The notes under the pieces were generated by a model that was given only the letters and a program-made list of their open reading frames with translations, was not told the origin of the DNA and searched no databases. From Octopus vulgaris (lineage: Eukaryota): DNA of 64,000 nucleotides. The DNA lies in the NCBI GenBank assembly GCA_951406725.2, contig OX597817.1, forward strand, positions 77,438,001 to 77,502,000, given 5' to 3'. Below, piece by piece: positions 53,938 to 64,000 of the stretch (the stretch's first letter is position 1; each line of letters begins with the position of its first letter). The translations under genes and the position numbers were made by a program.

Positions 53938-54336
53938 GTACATTTTTTATTAAAAAATTCCGTAAATTACCGGGAATGACGTCATGTGTCGGTAAAATCA
54001 GCTGATATAAACAAATTTTCTATTTGCTTTACTTAAAACGATAAAATGCCCAAAGCAGTTTCGGATTATGCTTCATAATTTTACTGACAGTAACTTCGAA
54101 GTTCCTTGTGGTCAACGTCCTAGTCAAACTGTTTATGTATGCATAATACTTTCAAGATATGCTATGTATGAATAAAAGATATGGTGATCATAACTGGAAC
54201 GTGTGTAATCATAGGTTGGAGGTCAACTCGCTCAAGGGCTGACTTGCAACTAATCTATATTAGATATAAGGAACTGATAAACGCTATAAGTTCCAGAAAT
54301 TTCTTCAATTCAAATCGTTCCAAGCGGAGGAAGTAT

Positions 54337-54373
<37 letters not shown>

Positions 54374-54449
54374 TGAAAAAAAAGGTGAAGTTATTTACAC
54401 TCTTGGTTTAATTAATGTCGCAAACATAATTAGTTTTAATGATAAAACT

Positions 54450-55020
54450 GATGGCACACGATGAGAATAACGGCGGCGGCGACAACGACGAGATGATGAA
54501 GATGATGATGATGATGATGATGATGACCGTTGTGACGATAATCGTGGTGGTGGTGGTGGTAGTGGTGGTGATGGTGGTGGTGATAATGACAATGAATGTG
54601 ATGGTGATGATAGCGATGGCGATGATGATGACGATGATGATGATGATGATGCGGATGATGAAGATAGCGATAGCGTTAATGGGGGTTGATGATTGTAAAA
54701 AGAATACGTTTTAACTGTGGTGATGCCGAGGATGATAAATAAGTGGTTGATGATGATGATGACGATGATGATGACGATGATGATGGAGGGGGGGAGGATA
54801 GGTGGGTGGTGGCGTTGTTGGTGACGGTTATACTGGATGCAAACTGCGATGATGATAAATGTCTTGGTAGCAATGACGACGACGACGACGACGATGATGA
54901 TGATGATGATGATGATGATGAAAATGGTGGTGGTGGCTGTGGTGGTGGTTATGGTGTGTGTGCGGTATGTCGGTGATGATGATGATGACGACAAGGAGGG
55001 AGGTCCTTATGGCGGTGATG
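54450..55020. repeat. Cryptic (GAT/GAC/GGT)n tract
   Basis: Read directly from the sequence. Confidence 0.95.
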
Positions 55021-55532
55021 GTGCCAGTTTCGTTTATTGCTCTCTCTCGCTCCACGCAGCTATGAAATGATTCATCATTTAAGATTACACGGTTAAAACA
55101 TTTAATAATTAAGAAATGCTTGAATATCAATCAAGATGATGGATTTAATTACGATTTCACTTAATAGTCTATGTTGGTCATACACACACACACAAACACA
55201 CACACAAACATACACATATTGTCATATTGTGTTTTATGTATACATACACACATATATATGTTTGTGTGAGTATTGTGTGTGTGTGTGTGTGCATGAGTGT
55301 GTGTGTATATATGTATATATATATATATATATATACATACATACATGCATACATATATATATACATACATATATATACATACGTATACATATATATATAT
55401 ATATATACATACATACATACATGCATACATATATATATACATACATATATATACATACGTATACATATATATATATATATACATACATACATGCATACAT
55501 ATATATATACATACATATATATATACATACGT

Positions 55533-55574
<42 letters not shown>

Positions 55575-55576
<2 letters not shown>

Positions 55577-55803
55577 TATTATTCTTTTACTTATTTCAGT
55601 CATTTGACTGCGGTCACGCTGGAGCAACACATTAGAGGGGTTTTTTTTAGTCGAAGAAACTGATCCCAGGACTTCTTGTAAACCTAGTACTTACTTTATC
55701 GGACTCTTTTGCCAGACTGCTATGTTACGGGAACGTAAATGCCCTGACATCGGTTGCCAAACGATGGTGGTGGGGACAAACACACACACAAAGACCCACA
55801 CAT

Positions 55804-55859
<56 letters not shown>

Positions 55860-55985
55860 CCGATAAATCCACTCGCAAGTCTTTGGTCGACCCGAGGCTA
55901 GGAAGACACTTACCCAAGGTGCCATGCAGTAGGGCTGAACCTGGAATCATGTTGTTGGGAAGCAACTTCTTACTACACAGCCACG
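55575..55985 (-). mobile_element. SINE family A
   Basis: Matches the family A consensus. Confidence 0.88.
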
Positions 55986-56030
55986 TCATACATACATACA
56001 TACATGCATACATAAGCGATTGATTACAGA

Positions 56031-56077
56031 TAGGTTACTGCAAGTTTCGTGTCTTGCTAAGGCATTCTTCAGATTTG
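56031..56077 (-). ncRNA. Degenerate hammerhead-like motif
   Basis: Minus strand: aaat-CTGAAGA-atgccttagcaagacac-GAAA-cttgcag-TA|acct. Stems II and III are partly paired and stem I has decayed. Confidence 0.45.
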
Positions 56078-56179
56078 CTCCTTGTTAATGAACATAAACT
56101 TACAATTTACAGATCCGCACCTCCAAACACTCACACTTGTTATTTTTTGCAATTATGTCTGTACATTAAGTGGCGAGCT

Positions 56180-56512
56180 CAACTCAACTGGTACTTAATT
56201 AATCGACTCCCGAAAGGATGGAAGGCAAAGTCGACCTCGGCGGAATTTGAACTCAGAACGTAACGGCAGACGAAATACCTATTTCTTTAATACCCACAAG
56301 AGGCTAAACTCAGAGAGGACAAACAAGGACAGACAAACGGATTAAGTCGATTACATCGACCCCAGTGCGTAACTGGTACTTAATTTATCGACACCGAAAG
56401 GATGAAAGGCAAAGTCGACCACGGCGGAATTTGAACTCAGAACGTAACGGCAAACGAAATACGGCTACGCATTTCGCTCGGCATGCTTAACGATTCTGCC
56501 ACCTCACTGCCT
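56180..56512 (-). mobile_element. SINE family C dimer
   Basis: Two units joined at gaaatacctatttc (56272-56285). Confidence 0.9.
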
Positions 56513-56727
56513 TTTCAACGTAATAAGTATTACAGCATGGCCGCAGTCCAATAACTGACACAAGAAAAATATACAAGGTAGTACAATAGATAGGAATTGG
56601 GGGAAATCGGAGAAATTATGTAGTTTTAGAACAGTAGTTCCCCACTTGGGGTCCGCGGACCCTGGTGCTCCGCAAAGGTAGTACTGGGGGTCCGTGAACT
56701 AAATTCAAAATTATACATATATATATA

Positions 56728-56934
56728 CAGGATGGCCCAAAAGTAGGTTTACAGTTATTCAACTATCTCTTTCGCATTCATATATTAACAGGTTGGATCT
56801 TTATTTAAAAAAAGTGAAACCATTATTCTATGCTAATTTAGTTAATTGTAAGATAGAAATTTAAATGTAATAAAATGTCTTAAAAGAAATTTAAAGTGCC
56901 TGCGTGATAACTGTAAACCTACCTTTAGGCCACC

Positions 56935-56937
<3 letters not shown>
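56728..56937. mobile_element. Tc1/mariner-type MITE
   Basis: ~30-bp TIRs caggatggcccaaaagtaggtttacagttat and ataactgtaaacctacctttaggccaccctg, flanked by TA. Confidence 0.88.
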
Positions 56938-56979
<42 letters not shown>

Positions 56980-56980
<1 letters not shown>

Positions 56981-57200
56981 TTTATGTAAAAGCAGCAGAA
57001 ATATAACAAAAGCGGTTACTCAGAGTTTCATGTTCCCGTTCGTCGGACAGTTTTGTTTGTCCGATGAACGGGAACGTGAAACTCTGAGTAACAGCTTTTG
57101 TTATATTTCTGCTGCTTATAAATAAAGCATATTACTCTACCTCTGGTATTTGAGTATTCTTTTTTTCCACCTTGCTTCATATTTATGTTCTTACTCCGGT
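56980..57200 (+). mobile_element. Penelope-like pLTR fragment with 70-bp fold-back and CCGA-variant hammerhead
   Basis: Arms 56980-57049 and 57058-57127; ttgt-CCGATGA-acg-ggaa-cgt-GAAA-ctctgag-TA|acag at 57057-57094; aataaa downstream; flanked by TA repeats. Confidence 0.75.
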
Positions 57201-57569
57201 ATATATATATATATATATGTAAGGGTCGACATATTAAAAGGTGTCCGTGGGAAAACTTATTTAAATAAAAGGGTGGGAACCACTGTTGGGAACCATTGTG
57301 AGAAGGTTGGGAACTACTGTTTTAAAACGACTATGTCTTACCTTTACTTAGTAAAAAAAAAAGAAAAGAAAAGAAAAAGGAAAATGAAAATGGTGTAGAG
57401 TCTTACCTATTATTGCAAAAAAGATTGGTAGTATCCGATTTGTAATAAGAGAAATCTGCCAAAAGAGAAAAAAAAAATTTAATGTAATAAAGGATTGAAT
57501 TAATATATAAAACAAATTTGTAAATTCACAAATAAGATTGAGAAAATATTAATTAATAAGGGTTTCAAA

Positions 57570-57780
57570 TTTTGGCACAAGGCCAGCAATTTCCGGGGAG
57601 GCTAGGTCGATTACATCGGCCGCATTGATCAACTGGTACTTATTTTATTGACCTCCGAAGGGATGGAAAGCAAAGTCGACCTCGACCTCGGCGGAATTTG
57701 AACTCAGAACGTAAAGAGGGACGAAATGCCGCTCAGCATTTTTACCCAGCGCGGTAACGATTTTGCCAGCTCGGCGCCTT
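57570..57780 (-). mobile_element. SINE family C, short-tail variant
   Basis: Matches the family C consensus. Confidence 0.9.
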
Positions 57781-58783
57781 AATAATAATCTGCTATAATA
57801 ATACTCTTGTGTTTTTTCTCCCTCTCAACATATTAATGAGAAAGGAAGGGGTGATAGATGAATAAGGAAGGAAGGGGTGATGCAAACTGGTAGTGGGAGC
57901 GTTTCAACTCTGTGTGAGTATATGTGTGTGTATGGAAAAGGGAGATGTGTAAATGTTTATTTGTGTGTGTGTATGTGTTTGTGTGTGTGTGTGTGTGCAA
58001 TGGAAGTGGGATGGTGAACTTTCATCGCTGGAAAGAAAAATAAAACAGCGTTTCAACTCTGTATGAATATGTGTGTGTGCGTGTGCAAGAGAAATATTTG
58101 AAGTATCTGTGAACCAGCATTGTTTCAGTAACAAACGATGATCGATGTCACATCTCAAAAGACAACCATTATATAACACTGACAAGTGTATTAATTTGAT
58201 TTCAGAGCAATTTCAGAGCAAGGTGGATGTCGATTACATCGACCCCCCCCCCCCCCCCATGCTCAACTGATGATTATTTTATCGACCTTGAAAACGATGA
58301 GAGGCAGAGTCGACCTCGGCGAAATTTGAACTTAACGTGAAGACAGATGAACTGCTGCTAAGCATTTCCCCCAGCGTGTTAACGATTCTGCCAGCTTACC
58401 GCCATGATGATGATGATGATGATGATGATGGTGATGGTGATGGTGGTGGTGGTGGTGGTGGTGGTGGTGATGGCACAAGGTCAGCAACATTTAAGGGAAA
58501 GGGTAAGACGATTTCATCGGCCTTAATATTTGACTGGTACTTTATCTTTTCGACCCCGAATGGATGAAAGGCAAAGTTGATCTCGGCCGCAGTTGAATTC
58601 AAAACGAAGAACGAAAAGAAATACTGCAGAATATTTTCCCCGACGGATTTCTAGATGGCATAACAGAACCAAAATTCTAATTACACAAAATGGTTGTAAC
58701 ATGATTTAAGAGAATAAGTAAAATATTTAAAATATGATAAAATAAATTAACGTTGAAATGAATTTTCTTACGTTGACAAGAAA

Positions 58784-59390
58784 TATTTATTTCTTTATTG
58801 CCCATAGGGGGTTAAACATAGAGGGGATAAACAAGGACAGATAAACGGATTAAGTCGATTTCATCGACCCCAGTGCGTAACTGATATTTTAGTCGATCTC
58901 GAAAGGATGAAAGGCAAAGTCAACCTTGGCGGAATATGAACTCAGAACGTAACGGCAGACGAAATACCTATTTCTATTTCTTTACTACCCACAAGGAGCT
59001 AAACACAGAGAGGACAAACAAGGACAGACAAACGGATTAAGTCGATTATATTGACCCCAGTGCTTACTGGTACTTATTTAATCGACCCCGAAAGGATGAA
59101 AGGCAAAGTCGACCTCGGCGGAATTTGAACTCAAAACGTAGCGGCAGATGAAATACCTATTTCTCTACTATCCACAAGGGGCTAAATACAGAGAGGATAA
59201 AAAAGGACAGACAAACGGATTAAGTCGATTATATCGACTCTAGTGTGTAACTGGTACTTAATTTATCGACCCCGAAAGGATGAAAGGTAAAGTCGACCTC
59301 GGCGGAATTTGAACTCAGAACGTAACGGCAGACGAAATACGGCTACGCATTTCGCCCGGCGTGCTAACGTTTCTGCCAGCTCGCCGCCTT
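58784..59390 (-). mobile_element. SINE family C trimer (one head, three ~180-bp body and tail units)
   Basis: Junctions gaaatacctatttct at 58961 and 59150; whole array flanked by gttgacaa (58772 and 59391). Confidence 0.92.
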
Positions 59391-60317
59391 GTTGACAAAA
59401 ACATTGCATTGTGAAAGTTTTAAGTACTCAATGAGTAAATGCCAAAGATATATACACTTAACAAGAAGGACGTGTATACATTCCCACACACATTCACATA
59501 CACACATAAGTATATATGTTTTATTTCAATATTTCTTGCCAATAGTGAAAGGGCCGGTTTCTAACCTAGGTCCAAGGCTCCTTCATTGAAATTTCAACAT
59601 CAACAACAGGCTATATTTGTTTGTTTGTATGCATGCATGCATGTATGTATGTATGTATGTATGTATGTATGTATGTATGTATGTATGTATGTATGTATGT
59701 ATGTATGTATGTATGTGTGCAGATTTATATGTTTTCTTTTATGTCTGTATTCTCGTGCATATAGTTGAATATCTAGACATGCTCATATATATCTAAATGA
59801 TAAACTTCTGGAAAGTTTTGTAGATTTCTACAGTTCCAGTGATGGATTCGACCTGTAGGCTTCGAATTAGCTTTCTCCTATATGGTTTTGAGAAGCCAAA
59901 TTTCTCAAGATTGGTATTTAGGCAGAGTGTTACACATCCCAGGGCCCCCAATAATTACAGGTATAAACCTGTAATCTGGATAGAGTAACTGCAAAGAGCT
60001 AAGCTTGAAACGTCAACATTTTCACTTCTAATTTTCCACTCGAACAATCACCGAGCGTCAAACTAATGTATTCACGATGTACGTCGATCTGATGTTTATT
60101 GCTTTCGTTTCTGTTTTTATTCTTGTAGTCACCTTCGTCAACGTTTTGCCTGACACAGGAAAAAAAATGAGTCGTAGTTGTCAGGAGGCGTTCGATGCCT
60201 CCTAGGGCTATACAACAGTGGTGTACCCCCTACTGTTACGTTCTTGTTAGATTGACAGTATACAACCATTCTATCGCCCCACCACCGTACATGTCTCTAC
60301 GAGAGATTTAGAAATTC

Positions 60318-60375
<58 letters not shown>

Positions 60376-60428
60376 AACAAAAAGACACATACACGGGTAT
60401 TTTAACATATTATTATTATTATCAAAGA

Positions 60429-60460
<32 letters not shown>

Positions 60461-60744
60461 TTTTATACTTTTGTGAAAACCAGTACTTATAACAACAAAG
60501 CTTTTACAAAGCTTTACATTTTACTTTTGACAATCTTTTTTCTATAAAGTGAAACCGGTCAAGTGAATAAACATCTTTAAAATTGCATTTTCAAACCTTC
60601 TTTCATATATATTTCCACTCGTGCGGTACCTTACAACTTCACATTGTTATATATAAATATATATATAGTGGCGGGCTGGCCAGGTTGCCAGCTTGCAAGA
60701 AGGAGCGCGTGTTCATGTCTACATGTCTCTTATATGTGTTAGAC

Positions 60745-60798
<54 letters not shown>

Positions 60799-61317
60799 GG
60801 AGGGCAGAAGGTAAATTCAGTGTGCGGGGGAGGGGTATGTGTGTGTGTGTATGGGTGTATGTGGTGTTTGATAATGTGTGCGTGTGATTCGAACGTCTGT
60901 TATTGCGTGCTTTTCTTAACGGCTAAGTGTGAAGTGTGTGTGTGTGTATTTATGAATATCTGTGCTTATGGAAATGTGTGTGTGTATTTATGAATGTGTG
61001 TGGATATGAAAATGTGTGTGCGCATATGGAAACGTGTGTGTGTGTGTGTGTATATATGCATCAGCATACGCGTAAGTTTTTGAGTGACAGCCTGCTCCTG
61101 CATGTATATGTATACATGCGTGTGTGAAGAATACGAGTGTGTGTGCCTGCTGACGCATGACACCAACTGCAAGCCACGTCCTACGACTCTTCCACTGTGT
61201 CTGTGTGTTCGTTTCTGTGACAACATTAAAGTGTCAACTGCTTCTAATAGCAACTAACTATACAACACGCTGCATACATATGAACGTACGTACGTAGTAC
61301 TTCGTACGTACATACGT

Positions 61318-61520
61318 GGCGAAATGCTTAGCGGTTATTCGTCTGCCGTTACGTTGTGAGTTCAAATTCCGCCAAGTTCGACTTTGCCTTTCATCCTTTC
61401 GGGGTCGATAAATTAAGTACCAGTTACGCACTGGGTTCGATGTAATCGACTTTAATACCTATGTCTGTCCTTGTTTGTCCCCTCTGTGTTTAGCCCCTTG
61501 TGGGTAATAAAGAAATAGGT
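61318..61520 (+). mobile_element. SINE family C monomer, long tail ending aagaaatagg
   Basis: Matches the family C consensus. Confidence 0.92.
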
Positions 61521-61697
61521 ATGTATATATTGTGAAAGCGCATGGCTCAGTGTTTAGAACGTCCGGCTCACAATCATGAGGTAGCGTGTTCAATTCCCGG
61601 ACCGGGCTGTGCGTTGTGTTCTTGAGCAAGACACTTTATTTCACTCAGCTGTAGAAATGAGTTGCGGCATCACTGTTGCCAAACTGTACCGGCATTT

Positions 61698-61775
<78 letters not shown>

Positions 61776-62056
61776 GACAAGCTTCTTTCAGTTTCCGTCT
61801 ACGAAATCCACTCGCAAGGCTTTGGTCGACCCGAGGCTATAGTAGAAGACACTTACCCAACGTGCCACTCAGCGGGACTGAACCCTGAATCACGTGACTG
61901 GGAAGCAAGCCTCTTACCACACAGCCACTCATACATATATTACTAATAAGTATATATATATGTACATACATACATATATATACACACACATATATATATA
62001 CGTATATATTTGCATATGACATAGGTATGTATATATGTGTATATATGTGTGTATAG

Positions 62057-62350
62057 GTGGAGGCGCAATGGCCCAGTGGTTAGGACAGCGGACTCGCGGT
62101 CGTAGGATCGCGGTTTCGATTCCCAGACCGGGCGTTGTGAGTGTTTATTGAGCGAAAACACCTAAAGTTCCACGAGGCTCCGGCAGAGGGTGGTGGCGAT
62201 CCCTGCTGTACTCTTTCGCCACAACTTTCTCTCACTCTTTCTTCTGTTGACCTGCTCACTTAGGCTTAAAAAAAAACAATGCGAAGCGCATTGTGACCAG
62301 CGATATGTAACAACATCTGATGGTCTGGACGGTCACGTGGTCACGTGATA
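62057..62350 (+). mobile_element. SINE family D
   Basis: Family B head and body with the family D tail. Confidence 0.9.
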
Positions 62351-63249
62351 TATATACGTATATATCTATGTACATGCATACACACACACACACACAGATA
62401 TGTATATATGCGTATATATTTGCATATGGACATAGGTATGTATATATGTGTGTATAGAACCCGAAACGATGTGGTTTGGAACCAAACTTCTTACCACGCA
62501 GCCACGCTTGAAGGGCCACTGTAATAAGTGTGTGAATCTGAGAGGAGAATATGTTAAATAAAATCATAATTAACTGTTCCTCCTGTATTTTCTTTTACCC
62601 ATAGCCAGGAATTTTTCAGCACTCCCTCATACATCTGTCTGTACCTAATTGCTTTGTTTTCCTTTTCCATGCCAAAATAATTAAAGTTATTTATCATTAT
62701 TACGCTACTCTTATTAATGAATTTAGAAGCTTTGTAAGTTTGCCTCACTCACTTACAATAACAAATTCAAAATAACCGACTTTATGAAAGGAACAAGCTT
62801 TTACATTTATCAGAGTCCAATTATTGTCGATCAAATTAAGGCCAATACGACACTGGTGTTTTTTTTTTTATCGAGCTCAGTATAATTTGAACTCAGAAGA
62901 AAATTGCTAGCCTTGCACCAAAGTTAGAGAGGAATTATTATTATTGTGAGCTGGGAGAATCGTCATCGAGTTCAAATGCCGCCGAGGTCGACTTTGCCTT
63001 TTATACTTTTTAGGGCGATAAAAGTAAGTTTGAGTCGAAAACTCGCGTTGATGTAATCGACTAGGCCCCCTCCCCACAAATTTCAGGCTTTGTGCCTATA
63101 ATAGAAAGGATTATCATTGTTATTACTGAGGCAGAATCGTTAGCACGCTGGACGAAATGCTTAGAGGTATTTCGCCCGTCGCTACGTTCTGAGTTCAAAT
63201 CCCGCCGTGGTTGACGGAAACTGAAAGAAGCCCTTAATATATGTATATA

Positions 63250-63509
63250 TTCTTCTACTTGTTTCATTCATTTGACCGCCACCATGCTGGAGCACCGGCT
63301 TAAAGAGTTTTAGTCGAACAAATCGACCCCAGGACTTTTCTTTGAAAGCCTATAACTTATTTTATTGGTCTCTTTTGCAGAACCGCTAAGTTACAGGGAT
63401 GTAAACACACCAACATCGGTTGTCATGCGATGGCGGGAGTCAAACATACACGCATACATACACACATACAAACATATATATACATACATATACATGCATA
63501 TATATATAC

Positions 63510-63576
<67 letters not shown>

Positions 63577-63810
63577 TATACACATATATACATATACATA
63601 CATATATGTTTATATATATATATATATATATATAGATAGATATATATGACAAGCTTCTTTCAGATTCCGTCTGCCATATCCCCTCATAAGGCTTTGATCG
63701 GCCCGGGGCTATTATAGAAGACCCATGCCCAAGATTCCACGCAGTGGCACCGAACCCGGGACCATGTGGTTGGAAAGCAAGCCTGTTACCAAACAGCCAC
63801 GCCCGCGCCT
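63250..63810 (-). mobile_element. SINE family A with expanded internal microsatellite
   Basis: Consensus halves separated by about 200 bp of (TA/CA)n. Confidence 0.88.
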
Positions 63811-64000
63811 ATACATATATGTACGTGTGCATCTTTGTGTCCGTATTTGTCACCCATCACCGCCTGACAACCGTATCATAGCAGCTCGGCAAAAGAGAGC
63901 GATAGAATAAGTCCTGGGGTCGAATTGTCCGACCAAAAGACCCTTCAAAGCGGTGCCCCAGCATGGCCGCACTCAAACGACTGTAACAAGAAAAAGATAA

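Larger units (their letters stand above)
56632..57319. mobile_element. hAT-type MITE hosting two nested insertions
   Basis: TIRs cagtagttccc and gggaactactg; 8-bp TSD ttttagaa / ttttaaaa (nnnTAnnn). Confidence 0.85.

Noticed and set aside
58784-59390. CRISPR-like or satellite array
   Set aside because: Units are contiguous ~180-bp SINE bodies with no unique spacers and no cas genes, in a eukaryotic context.

Overview
AT-rich, repeat-saturated eukaryotic DNA. The SINE families and microsatellite load fit an Octopus (coleoid cephalopod) genome; this is inference from recognised repeat consensus, not a database result. No intact host protein-coding gene can be supported, and most ORFs in the track are translations of microsatellites or SINEs. 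The window holds dozens of tRNA-derived SINE copies built from interchangeable heads and tails, and decayed Ty3/Gypsy pol, Penelope (RT plus GIY-YIG), RTE-type LINE and Tc1/mariner relics. It also holds piggyBac-, hAT- and mariner-type MITEs, a Helitron, a HINE/DINE-like element and a U6 snRNA retro-fragment. The most interesting signals are: (1) several minimal hammerhead-ribozyme motifs in short Penelope-like elements, most sitting in (TA)n, one with a CCGA core variant inside a 70-bp fold-back; (2) SINE multimers whose junction is always the palindrome GAAATA-GG-TATTTC; (3) repeated short-range inverted duplications that cross element junctions; (4) an apparent switch from CpG-depleted to CpG-retaining DNA near 31-33 kb.
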